From an uncultured Lachnospiraceae bacterium (GTDB lineage: Bacteria; Bacillota; Clostridia; Lachnospirales; Lachnospiraceae): a stretch of DNA of 58,661 nucleotides. The DNA is taken from assembly GCA_947631985.1 (NCBI GenBank), contig CANRNK010000001.1:1-58661 (forward strand), read 5' to 3'. The notes under the pieces are model-generated. The model was not told where the DNA came from, did not search any database, and saw nothing but the letters and a program-made list of their open reading frames with translations. Made by a program: the position numbers and the translations under genes. Of this stretch, positions 1 to 8,262 are shown piece after piece (within the stretch, counting starts at the first letter, position 1; each line of letters starts with the position of its first letter).

Positions 1-2
1 TA

Positions 3-302
3 CAGTTTGCGTCGGCAATTAAAGAGACAAAGCAGTACCAGAAATATTTTGAGCAAAAAGAAAAACTAAAAGCATATCCTGAATTAAAAGAACAAATTGA
101 TGAATTTCGATGGAGAAATTATCAACTGCAAACGACTTGTGACCAGGATGAATTATACTTTAAACTGGAAGAATTTGAACTTGAAAATGAAGAATTCAGA
201 GCAAATCCATTCGTAAGTGATTTTCTGGCAGCCGAATTGGGATTTTGCAGAATGATGCAACAGATTTATAGTGATCTTGCAGAAAAAATAGAGTTCGAGT
301 AG
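3..302 (+). CDS. YlbF/YmcA-family regulator-like protein, C-terminal fragment (5' end outside window)
   Basis: Frame 3 is open from the window edge to TAG at 300-302 (own translation ...AIKETKQYQKYFEQKEKLKAYPELKEQIDEFRWRNYQLQ...ANPFVSDFLAAELGFCRMMQQIYSDLAEKIEFE). The helical sequence pattern is Com_YlbF-like. Absent from the ORF track because there is no start codon in the window. Confidence 0.5.
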   Translation, partial: QFASAIKETKQYQKYFEQKEKLKAYPELKEQIDEFRWRNYQLQTTCDQDELYFKLEEFELENEEFRANPFVSDFLAAELGFCRMMQQIYSDLAEKIEFE

Positions 303-342
303 TGATACAACACACACGAAGAGATTGAATTGGAGAAAAGTG

Positions 343-771
343 ATGAACGGTGGCAAAATTACATCAGCAATAGCAGCAACGATTATTAAAATGGCGATTC
401 TGGTAATTGCTGTTATCGCAATCTACAGACTGGCAGTATCTGCATATGATTTTGGATACAGAGTATTTGCAGAACCGGCAATGTCGTCAGAACCCGGAGT
501 TACAATCAATGTTTCCATTACTGATGATATGAACAGTAGAGATGTTGGTAAACTGCTTGAAGGAAAAGGATTGATACGTGATGCCAATTTGTTTTTTGTT
601 CAAGAACTTGTATCGGAATATAAAGATAAAGTACAGCCAGGTGAATATGAATTAACAACGGCAATGACAGTAGAGGAGATGCTTGCTGTATTGAGTGAAG
701 GGTACACGGAAGAGACCACCACTGAGGCAGAAATGGAAAGTGAAGTAGAATCTGAGGTGGAAACAGAATGA
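343..771 (+). CDS. single-pass membrane protein with only the MltG/YceG N-terminal (LysM-like) domain; acidic C-terminal tail
   Basis: ORF 325..771; ATG at 343 lies 6 nt after GGAGA. A TM helix (ITSAIAATIIKMAILVIAVIAIY) is followed by VTINVSI...DVGKLLEGKGLIRDANLFFV...VQPGEYELTTAMTVEEMLAVLSEG, the MltG N-domain pattern. The ORF ends where the transglycosylase domain normally starts. Confidence 0.6.
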   Translation: MNGGKITSAIAATIIKMAILVIAVIAIYRLAVSAYDFGYRVFAEPAMSSEPGVTINVSITDDMNSRDVGKLLEGKGLIRDANLFFVQELVSEYKDKVQPGEYELTTAMTVEEMLAVLSEGYTEETTTEAEMESEVESEVETE

Positions 772-1442
772 ACCATGACAGGATGCTTACCTTTATTGAT
801 TCACTCTATGCGGGGAACACACCGTTTCTAGATGAAATTGAACGGCGTTCTCTGGAAGAAGAAATTCCGATCATCCGAAAGCCAACACAGGCACTCCTTA
901 AATTTTTTATGGAAAAAGAGAGGCCGGAAGCAATTCTTGAGGTAGGAACTGCAGTCGGTTTTTCTGCTTTGCTAATGAGTGAATATGCAGGAGAGAAATG
1001 CAAAGTGACAACCATCGAAAAGTATGAGAAAAGAATTCCGATTGCAAAAGAAAATTTTATAAATGCTAGAAAAGAAAAGAGAATTACATTACTCGAAGGA
1101 GATGCACTGGAGTTACTGAAAAATCTTGACGATTCTTATGATTTTATTTTTATGGATGCAGCAAAGGCACAGTATATTCACTTCTTGCCAGATGTGCTAC
1201 GTCTCCTGAGACCAGGAGGAACACTGGTATCTGATAATATTCTTCAGGAAGGTGAGATTTTAGAATCCCGCTATGCAGTGACAAGAAGAAATAGAACGAT
1301 TCACTCAAGGATGAGAGAATATTTGTATGAAATCACACATTGCGATCAGCTGCAGACTATGATTCTGCCAGTCGGTGATGGGGTAGCGGTGAGTGTGAAG
1401 AAGAAAGGAAAGAATTATGATGAAGAGCAGGGAAAAGCCTGA
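768..1442 (+). CDS. class I SAM-dependent O-methyltransferase, family 3 (YrrM/TrmR-like)
   Basis: ATGA overlap with the upstream stop; GAGGTGG RBS. SAM-binding motif ILEVGTAVGFSAL, plus DFIFMDAAK and LLRPGGTLVSDN. Its position between mltG-like and U32 genes matches B. subtilis yrrL-yrrM-yrrN/O. Confidence 0.8.
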   Translation: MNHDRMLTFIDSLYAGNTPFLDEIERRSLEEEIPIIRKPTQALLKFFMEKERPEAILEVGTAVGFSALLMSEYAGEKCKVTTIEKYEKRIPIAKENFINARKEKRITLLEGDALELLKNLDDSYDFIFMDAAKAQYIHFLPDVLRLLRPGGTLVSDNILQEGEILESRYAVTRRNRTIHSRMREYLYEITHCDQLQTMILPVGDGVAVSVKKKGKNYDEEQGKA

Positions 1443-2652
1443 ATTATTAATTCCGGCAAGTAGCCTGGAAGTATTAAAAATAGCAGTTGTATTTGGTGCT
1501 GATGCAGTTTATATCGGAGGAGAAGCATTTGGACTTCGGGCGAAGGCTAAAAATTTTGGAAAACAAGAGATGGCAGAGGGGATTCGCTTTGCACATGAGG
1601 CTGGAGTAAAAGTCTATGTTACTGCAAATATTTTTGCGCACAATCAGGATCTGTCGGGAGCCAAAGAATATTTCGAAGAACTAAAAGAACTGAAACCGGA
1701 TGCATTTATTATTTCTGATCCGGGAATGTTCATGACAGCAAAGGAAGTCTGCCCTGAAATTGAGATTCATATTAGTACACAGGCAAATAACACCAATTAT
1801 AAAACATACCAGTTCTGGGAACAGATGGGAGCAACCAGAGTGGTTTCGGCTAGAGAACTTTCTCTGGCTGAAATCAGGGAAATCAGAGATCAGATTTCTC
1901 CTAAAATGGAAATAGAAAGTTTTATTCATGGAGCAATGTGCATGGCATATTCCGGACGCTGCCTCTTAAGCAATTATTTCACAGGAAGAGATGCGAATCA
2001 AGGAGAGTGTACCCATCCTTGCAGGTGGAAGTATTCCATCGTTGAAGAGACAAGACCGGGTGAGTATATGCCGGTGTATGAGAACGAGCGAGGCACCTAT
2101 ATTTTCAATTCAAAAGATTTGTGTATGATTGAATATATACCTGAAGTATTAGCAGCTGGAATTGACAGTCTCAAAATTGAAGGCAGAATGAAAACAGCAC
2201 TTTATGTTGCAACAGTTGCCAGAACCTATAGAAAAGCAATTGATGATTATCTGGAATCAGAAGAAAAATACCGTGCTAATATGGAGTGGTATCAGAGTGA
2301 AATTTCCAAATGTACTTATAGACAATTTACAACAGGGTTTTACTTTGGAAAGCCTGATCAGAATACCCAGATCTATGATAATAATACTTATGTCAGTGAG
2401 TACGTATATCTGGGAATGGTAAATGAAGTGACAGAAGATGGGATGATTGTGACAGAACAGAGGAACAAATTCTCACTGGGAGATCTGATTGAAATTATGA
2501 AACCAGATGGAACCAATCTCAGTACTAAAGTGCTTGAAATCAAAGATGATGAGGGAACTGCATTGGACAGTGCGCCACATCCCAAACAGAAGCTTTTTGT
2601 AAGACTTGATCAGAGCGCAGCGCAGTTTGACATCCTACGTGTAAAAAAATAA
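1417..2652 (+). CDS. peptidase U32 family protein (YrrO/TrhP-like)
   Basis: N-terminus ELLIPASSLEVLKIAVVFGADAVYIGGEAFGLRAKAKNF and the Cys-rich MCMAYSGRCLLSNYF...GECTHPCRW segment are typical of U32. Overlaps the methyltransferase 3' end. Confidence 0.85.
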   Translation: MMKSREKPELLIPASSLEVLKIAVVFGADAVYIGGEAFGLRAKAKNFGKQEMAEGIRFAHEAGVKVYVTANIFAHNQDLSGAKEYFEELKELKPDAFIISDPGMFMTAKEVCPEIEIHISTQANNTNYKTYQFWEQMGATRVVSARELSLAEIREIRDQISPKMEIESFIHGAMCMAYSGRCLLSNYFTGRDANQGECTHPCRWKYSIVEETRPGEYMPVYENERGTYIFNSKDLCMIEYIPEVLAAGIDSLKIEGRMKTALYVATVARTYRKAIDDYLESEEKYRANMEWYQSEISKCTYRQFTTGFYFGKPDQNTQIYDNNTYVSEYVYLGMVNEVTEDGMIVTEQRNKFSLGDLIEIMKPDGTNLSTKVLEIKDDEGTALDSAPHPKQKLFVRLDQSAAQFDILRVKK

Positions 2653-2745
2653 AAAAGTCTTTGTCTAAAATGTAGGATGAATTTGCTTACTTTAGAGTAC
2701 AATATGGTCGTTATGTAGAAAAATGCATTTTTTTAAAAATGGGAC

Positions 2746-2774
2746 TTGCAATTTACGGCTGATTCATGTATCTT
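2746..2774 (+). promoter_or_regulatory. candidate sigma-A promoter for the glnN leader
   Basis: TTGCAA (2746-2751), 17-nt spacer ending in TG, then TATCTT (2769-2774). Confidence 0.35.
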
Positions 2775-2830
2775 AATAAAAAACGAAGGTTGCCTTCGAA
2801 ACTGAATCGAATAGAGATACGTTGAACAAT

Positions 2831-2876
2831 GGTGTTCCTGAAAAGTATTTTTTAGGGCACCTTTTTCTATTTTTTT
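2831..2876 (+). terminator. terminator-like hairpin plus U-tract inside the glnN 5' leader (possible attenuator)
   Basis: GGTGTTC (2831-2837) can pair with GGGCACC (2855-2861), including two G-U pairs. It is followed by CTTTTTCTATTTTTTT and lies about 110 nt upstream of the glnN ATG. Confidence 0.4.
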
Positions 2877-2984
2877 AAAGTTTTATGGTTTGGCTATCTT
2901 GAAATGGTAAGAAAAGATAAGGTTGAAAAAAGATGTAACACCTTGATTGGAAGGCGACTTGAGGTCGCAGATGGGAGCTAAAAA

Positions 2985-5096
2985 ATGAGTGAAGTTATGA
3001 ATGTGGAAGCTATTTTTGGTGAAAATGTATTTACACTGGGAACGATGAGACAGAGACTGACGAAAAAAATATATTCAGAAGTCAAAAAAGTAATGGATTT
3101 TGGAGGGGAATTATCTCCAGAAGCTGCAGATTTAGTTGCAAAAGCCATGAAAGACTGGGCTGTTGAAAAAGGTGCGACTCATTATACTCACTGGTTTCAG
3201 CCGTTGACAGGAATCACAGCGGAAAAACACGATTCTTTTGTAACACATCCAGACGCTGAGGGAAAAATGCTGATGGAGTTTTCGGGAAAAGAATTAATTA
3301 AAGGAGAACCAGATGCATCCTCTTTCCCATCAGGTGGACTTCGCGCAACTTTTGAAGCAAGAGGTTACACAGCCTGGGACATTACATCACCAGCTTTTAT
3401 TAAAGAAGCAGCGACAGGACCAATCCTCTGTATCCCAACTGCATTTTGTTCTTATAAAGGAGAAGCTCTTGATAAAAAAACGCCTCTTCTTAGATCAATG
3501 GAAGCACTTAGCACACAGGCTCTTAGAATTGTTCGCTTATTTGGAAATACACGCGCAACAAAAGTAACAGCTTCGGTAGGAGCTGAACAGGAATATTTTC
3601 TGGTAGATAGTGAGAAAGCATTACTCAGAGAGGATATCCTTTTTGCCGGAAGAACTTTGTTTGGTGCACCAGCTCCAAAAGGACAGGAATTAGAAGATCA
3701 CTACTTTGGAGTTATTAGAGAACGCATTGGCGCTTACATGAAAGACCTGAATGAAGAACTCTGGAGACTTGGAGTCACTGCGAAAACACAGCATAATGAA
3801 GTAGCTCCAGCACAGCATGAGCTTGCACCTGTCTATGAAACAGCCAATATTGCTGTTGACAATAACCAGATTGTAATGGAAACAATGAAACGAGTTGCTG
3901 GACGTCACAATCTAAGATGTCTGCTTCATGAGAAGCCATTTGCCGGCGTAAATGGCTCTGGAAAACATGATAACTGGTCGATCACAACTGATACGGGAGT
4001 AAATCTCCTTGAACCTGGCCAGTCACCAAATGAAAATATTCAGTTTCTGCTTGTGATTGCCTGTATTTTAAAAGCAGTGGATAAACATGCTGATCTGTTA
4101 AGACAGAGTGCATCTAATGTTGGAAATGATCACAGACTTGGCGCGAACGAAGCCCCTCCTGCTATTATTTCAGTTTTTCTTGGAGAGCAGTTAGAAGACG
4201 TTGTTAAACAGTTGATTGAAACTGGAATTGCAGCGACTTGTAAAGAAGGTGGAGTTCTTGCAACAGGTGTTTCTACGATTCCTGATTTCCAGAAAGATGC
4301 AACAGACAGAAACCGTACTTCTCCTTTTGCCTTTACGGGAAATAAATTTGAATTCAGAATGGTTGGTTCTTCTGATTCTATTGCAAGTCCAAATACTACA
4401 TTGAATGCAATTGTTGCGGAAGCTTTTTGCGAAGCGGCAGATGTTCTTGAAAAAGCAGAGGATTTTGACCTTGCAGTACATGATTTAATCAAAGAGTATC
4501 TGACAAAACACCAGAGAATTATATTTAATGGAAATGGCTACTCAGAAGAGTGGGTTGTGGAAGCGGCAAGAAGGGGTCTTCCTAATATTTCTTCCATGGT
4601 AGAAGCAGTGGATACTCTTACGACTGAAAAAGCAGTTGCATTATTTGAAAAGTTTTGTATTTTCACAAAGCCAGAATTGGAATCCCGTGAAGAAATCTTA
4701 TATGAAACTTATACAAAGAACATAAACATTGAAGCACTGACAATGATTGATATGACATCCAAGCAGATTGTACCAGCAGTAATGAAGTATACAAAAGAAC
4801 TTGCAGATACGATTCTGGCAGTAAAAGCTGCAGGTGCTGATGCATCGGTTCAAGAGGAATTGTTAAAAGAAGTAAGTGGATTGCTCAAAAATGTACAGGA
4901 TTCCAAAATTGCATTGAAAAATGCTGAAGATGCAGCAGAAAAAATCAGTGAACCAAAAAAACTTGCATTTTACTACAAAGAAAAAGTGATGCCAGCAATG
5001 GAAGCACTTCGTGCACCAGTTGATGCATTAGAGATGATTGTGGACAAAAAAATATGGCCAATGCCTACCTATGCAGATCTTCTTTTTGAGGTCTAA
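2985..5096 (+). CDS. glnN: glutamine synthetase, type III
   Basis: 703 aa. The N-terminus ...[15 protein letters not shown]...[13 protein letters not shown] and the core [13 protein letters not shown]...[19 protein letters not shown] are hallmarks of GSIII. GGGAG RBS. Confidence 0.9.
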   Translation: MSEVMNVEAIFGENVFTLGTMRQRLTKKIYSEVKKVMDFGGELSPEAADLVAKAMKDWAVEKGATHYTHWFQPLTGITAEKHDSFVTHPDAEGKMLMEFSGKELIKGEPDASSFPSGGLRATFEARGYTAWDITSPAFIKEAATGPILCIPTAFCSYKGEALDKKTPLLRSMEALSTQALRIVRLFGNTRATKVTASVGAEQEYFLVDSEKALLREDILFAGRTLFGAPAPKGQELEDHYFGVIRERIGAYMKDLNEELWRLGVTAKTQHNEVAPAQHELAPVYETANIAVDNNQIVMETMKRVAGRHNLRCLLHEKPFAGVNGSGKHDNWSITTDTGVNLLEPGQSPNENIQFLLVIACILKAVDKHADLLRQSASNVGNDHRLGANEAPPAIISVFLGEQLEDVVKQLIETGIAATCKEGGVLATGVSTIPDFQKDATDRNRTSPFAFTGNKFEFRMVGSSDSIASPNTTLNAIVAEAFCEAADVLEKAEDFDLAVHDLIKEYLTKHQRIIFNGNGYSEEWVVEAARRGLPNISSMVEAVDTLTTEKAVALFEKFCIFTKPELESREEILYETYTKNINIEALTMIDMTSKQIVPAVMKYTKELADTILAVKAAGADASVQEELLKEVSGLLKNVQDSKIALKNAEDAAEKISEPKKLAFYYKEKVMPAMEALRAPVDALEMIVDKKIWPMPTYADLLFEV

Positions 5097-5137
5097 AAAC
5101 AGGAAATCTGGAATCAAATAAATAATTAAAAAAATAC

Positions 5138-5166
5138 TTGATTTTGGAAATAAGATACGATATACT
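5138..5166 (+). promoter_or_regulatory. candidate sigma-A promoter upstream of tRNA-Gln
   Basis: TTGATT (5138-5143), 17-nt spacer, TATACT (5161-5166). This conflicts with the hairpin that follows, so it is uncertain. Confidence 0.35.
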
Positions 5167-5168
5167 AT

Positions 5169-5206
5169 CTGAGTGCTGTTCACTAAGAATGCACTCAGAT
5201 GTTTTT
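5169..5206 (+). terminator. hairpin plus short T-run between glnN and tRNA-Gln (glnN terminator or tRNA leader structure)
   Basis: CTGAGTGC (5169-5176) pairs with GCACTCAG (5191-5198), followed by ATGTTTTT. Confidence 0.3.
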
Positions 5207-5276
5207 GGGCCATCGCCAAATGGTAAGGCAACGGACTCTGACTCCGTCACTCAAGGTTCGAATCCTTGTGGCCCAG
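5206..5276 (+). tRNA. tRNA-Gln (anticodon CUG), no encoded CCA
   Basis: Hand-folded cloverleaf. Acceptor stem TGGGCCA/TGGCCCA plus discriminator G; D arm GCC..GGC; anticodon stem ACGGA/TCCGT with loop CTCTGAC (anticodon CTG); T arm CAAGG-TTCGAAT-CCTTG. Confidence 0.85.
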
Positions 5277-5281
5277 CGTAA

Positions 5282-5319
5282 AAAGCCCGATGAATGCAAA
5301 TTTTCATCGGGCTTTTTTT
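5282..5319 (+). terminator. rho-independent terminator after tRNA-Gln
   Basis: Perfect 13-bp stem AAAGCCCGATGAA/TTCATCGGGCTTT, 8-nt loop, then a T-run. Confidence 0.85.
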
Positions 5320-5353
5320 ACATTTAAATGATAGGAAAGGATACACGGAAAAA

Positions 5354-6061
5354 ATGTATACCTATGAAGCGAGAGTAAGATATAGTGAGACGGACCAATA
5401 TGGCAAACTGACACTTGGTGCAATTCTTGATTATTTTCAGGATACCAGCACCTTCGAGGCAGAGGACCGCGGAATTGGAATCGCTTTTCTGGAGGAGAAT
5501 CAGATTGTCTGGATTTTGTCAGGGTGGCAGGTACAGATTGAAAGTTATCCCATGCTTGGTGAAAAGATAAAAATAAACACATTTCCCTATGATTTCAAAA
5601 ACTTTTTTGGAATGAGAAATTTTTACTTACAGGATGAACGAGGAAGAACAATCGTGCGGGCAAATACAATCTGGACTTTAATGGATACTGAAAAAGGTTG
5701 CCCAATCAGAATCCCACAGAACTTGTTGGCGCTCTATCATCTAAAAGATAAAATCCAGATGGAGTATCTGCCAAGAAAGATTAACCTTACAGATACCATG
5801 GAGAAAAAAGAGCATGTCACAATCAGGGAGTATCATCTGGATACCAACGGACATGTAAATAATGCGCAATACGTGAAAATTGCAAATGAAATTTCGCAAG
5901 CGAGAAACATTCTGGGAATGAGGGCAGATTATAGAAAAGCCGCGAAACTTGGGGATGTTATGATTCCGTACGTTGGAATAGAGTCTGGAAAAGAAATAAT
6001 ATGTTTTAAAGATAATGATGGAACTAGTTACGCAGTAGTAGAATTTCAAAACGAAATGTGA
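5354..6061 (+). CDS. acyl-ACP thioesterase
   Basis: ORF 5294..6061, but the first 60 nt are the terminator. ATG at 5354 follows AGGAAAGGA. MYTYEARVRYSETDQYGKLTLGAILDYFQD...WILSGWQVQI and the second hotdog half HLDTNGHVNNAQY match the acyl-ACP thioesterase family. Confidence 0.8.
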   Translation: MYTYEARVRYSETDQYGKLTLGAILDYFQDTSTFEAEDRGIGIAFLEENQIVWILSGWQVQIESYPMLGEKIKINTFPYDFKNFFGMRNFYLQDERGRTIVRANTIWTLMDTEKGCPIRIPQNLLALYHLKDKIQMEYLPRKINLTDTMEKKEHVTIREYHLDTNGHVNNAQYVKIANEISQARNILGMRADYRKAAKLGDVMIPYVGIESGKEIICFKDNDGTSYAVVEFQNEM

Positions 6062-6110
6062 TAGGATAGAAACAACCGGATGAGTAGTTTAAGGAAAGAA
6101 ATGGTGAAGT

Positions 6111-6968
6111 ATGATTCAACTTGGTAAAATGCAAAAGTTAAAGGTTGTTAAGGAAGTAGAGTTTGGCATTTATCTTGCACAAGCAAATGCATCAGGACAG
6201 GATGAAAAAATACTTTTGCCTGTGAAGCAAATTCCGGCAGGAACAAAAATTGGCGACGAAATAGAGGTGTTTGTTTACAAGGATTCAAAGGACAGGCTCA
6301 TTTCTACCGTCAGAAAGCCAGCAATTATGCTGGGTGAAGTAAAAAGGTTGAAAGTTCTTGAAGTTGGCAAGATTGGCGCGTTTTTAGACTGGGGACTTGA
6401 AAAGGACCTGCTTCTGCCATTCCGCGAACAGACCAAAAGCGTAGAAGCACTTGAAGAGTGTCTTGTTGCTCTTTATATTGACAAGAGTGACCGTCTCTGT
6501 GCTACAATGAATGTGTACAAATATCTGAGTACAGAAAGTCCATATCAAAAAGAGGACAGAGTGACTGGGACGGTATATGAGATTAGCCGTGAATTTGGAG
6601 CATTTGTTGCAGTAGATGACCAATTTTCAGGTCTGATACCCCAGAAGGAACTGTATGGCAGCATTGAAATTGGCAGTACCGTGGAAGCCAGAGTGCTGGC
6701 AGTGAAGGAAGACGGAAAACTGGATCTTGGGATTCGGGAAAAAGCTTACCTTCAGATTGAGAAGGATGCTGCAAAGGTAATGGAAGTGATGTCTTCCACA
6801 AATGGAGAACTTCCGTTTACAGATAAAGCAGACCCAGAGTTGATCAGAGAACAGATGCAGATGAGTAAAAATGAATTCAAACGTGCAATAGGACATTTGC
6901 TGAAGGCAAGAAAGATTCTGATCAAGGAGAATAGTATTACAATGATAGAAAAAAATAACAACAAATAG
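6111..6968 (+). CDS. cvfB: S1-domain RNA-binding protein CvfB/YitL family
   Basis: 285 aa with repeated S1-like segments (KLKVVKEVEFGIYL, RLKVLEVGKIGAFLDWGLEKDLLLP, VTGTVYEISREFGAFVAVD) and a C-terminal winged-helix-like tail. Confidence 0.75.
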   Translation: MIQLGKMQKLKVVKEVEFGIYLAQANASGQDEKILLPVKQIPAGTKIGDEIEVFVYKDSKDRLISTVRKPAIMLGEVKRLKVLEVGKIGAFLDWGLEKDLLLPFREQTKSVEALEECLVALYIDKSDRLCATMNVYKYLSTESPYQKEDRVTGTVYEISREFGAFVAVDDQFSGLIPQKELYGSIEIGSTVEARVLAVKEDGKLDLGIREKAYLQIEKDAAKVMEVMSSTNGELPFTDKADPELIREQMQMSKNEFKRAIGHLLKARKILIKENSITMIEKNNNK

Positions 6969-6986
6969 GAAAAGGAGATTACAAAA

Positions 6987-7220
6987 ATGAAAGTAAAAAA
7001 CATTACAAACATCGAAAAATTTTTTAAAGTAGTAGACAGTTGTGCAGGAAAAGTAGAATTAGTGACAGGAGAAGGGGACAGACTGAACCTGAAATCAAAA
7101 CTTTCTCAATATGTTTCTCTCGCAAACATTTTCTCGGATGGAACCATAGAAGAATTAGAAGTGATTGCATACGAGCCAGAAGATATTACAAAACTTGTAG
7201 ATTTTATGATGAACGACTAA
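6987..7220 (+). CDS. small hypothetical cytoplasmic protein (77 aa)
   Basis: AAGGAG RBS 7 nt upstream. No TM helix or signal peptide; acidic C-terminus. No family recognised. Confidence 0.5.
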   Translation: MKVKNITNIEKFFKVVDSCAGKVELVTGEGDRLNLKSKLSQYVSLANIFSDGTIEELEVIAYEPEDITKLVDFMMND

Positions 7221-7259
7221 TCTGGAAAAGCTGACAAAGGTGAAATGGAATAAAATAAA

Positions 7260-8168
7260 ATGAATTATAAAAAAGTCAACTGGATGTTTTTATCTATCCT
7301 GTTATTTGAGATAATAGTACTGTTTGCGTTGGCTGTTCTGCAGGACAAGGTTGCGACCAATCTGGCTGGCGACCTTGTTCTAAGTGAATTAATCCTGATG
7401 CTTCCCATGCTGGTATTTCTGCTTTTGACGAGAACCAGGTTTCGGGAAGTTTTTGCGTTTAAAAAAATAAAGATAGCAACAGGATTCATGACTGTGCTAT
7501 TCGTTTATTTAACAATGCCAGCGGTGACTACGATCAATGCAATCAGTATGATATTTTCAGATAATGTAGTAGCCAATATGAGCCAGGATATTTTGGATTT
7601 GCCTTTTCTACTCATGCTTTTTCTGATGGGAATCTTTGGGCCGGTCTGTGAGGAACTTTTGTTTCGTGGAGCAATCTACAATGGGTATCGCAACTCGGCG
7701 GGGCCATTCAAAGCAATGATTTTCTCTGCGTTTTTATTTGCCCTGATTCATATGAATCTCAACCAGGCAATGTATGCTTTTTTTATTGGGTTTGTGCTGG
7801 TTTTGCTAAAAGAAGCAACGGGTAGTATCTGGGCAAGTATTATTTACCATATCGTCTTTAATTCCCACACTGTCCTGCTTTTGTACTTTTATGACAAATG
7901 GCTTCCGATGAGTGGAATGTCCATTCCTGAGGCGGGAATGGATACACAGACATTACTAATTACAATCAGCGTTGGATTGGTTCTGACTGTCATTACACTT
8001 CCGCTGGCAGGGTGTGTATTATATTGGATTGCTAAAAATGAAAAAAAGGAAGAAATAATCGCCCAGCTTTGGAGCGGACGGAAAATAAATAATGGAAAGA
8101 TTATATCGATTCCCTTGGTGGTTGGCACATTGCTGTGTCTTACGTTTATGGTATATTCTCTGTTGTAA
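7260..8168 (+). CDS. CPBP-family (CAAX/Abi) intramembrane metalloprotease
   Basis: Polytopic membrane protein with motif 1 CEELLFRG, motif 2 FSAFLFALIH and a later H (IIYHIVFNSH). Confidence 0.8.
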   Translation: MNYKKVNWMFLSILLFEIIVLFALAVLQDKVATNLAGDLVLSELILMLPMLVFLLLTRTRFREVFAFKKIKIATGFMTVLFVYLTMPAVTTINAISMIFSDNVVANMSQDILDLPFLLMLFLMGIFGPVCEELLFRGAIYNGYRNSAGPFKAMIFSAFLFALIHMNLNQAMYAFFIGFVLVLLKEATGSIWASIIYHIVFNSHTVLLLYFYDKWLPMSGMSIPEAGMDTQTLLITISVGLVLTVITLPLAGCVLYWIAKNEKKEEIIAQLWSGRKINNGKIISIPLVVGTLLCLTFMVYSLL

Positions 8169-8207
8169 TAGTTCACAAAAGATTGCGAATTTGCAATGAG
8201 AATTTGT

Positions 8208-8235
8208 TGAATTAAGACAATGAGTCTGTTATAAT
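8208..8235 (+). promoter_or_regulatory. candidate sigma-A promoter (extended -10)
   Basis: TTGAAT (8208-8213), 16-nt spacer, TG-T-TATAAT (8227-8235). Confidence 0.45.
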
Positions 8236-8262
8236 GTACCGGTATCTTAGAAGGTGAGGCAT

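Noticed and set aside
2780-2984. T-box, glutamine riboswitch, TnrA/GlnR box or ANTAR target upstream of glnN
   Set aside because: The region lacks a T-box sequence (GGTGGTACC-like) and a specifier-loop architecture, and it is too short for a T-box. It has no TGTNA-N7-TNACA palindrome, and the hairpin loops do not fit the A-x-x-G hexaloop pair. I kept it only as an unclassified leader.
5206-5276. tRNA gene as an integration hotspot for a genomic island
   Set aside because: No integrase, direct repeat of the tRNA 3' end or compositional break is visible downstream. The flanking genes are ordinary housekeeping genes.
8183-8198. Imperfect 16-bp palindrome ATTGCGAATTTGCAAT upstream of the TagA-like promoter
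   Set aside because: It has two mismatches, occurs only once and resembles no known operator. That is too weak to report as a site.
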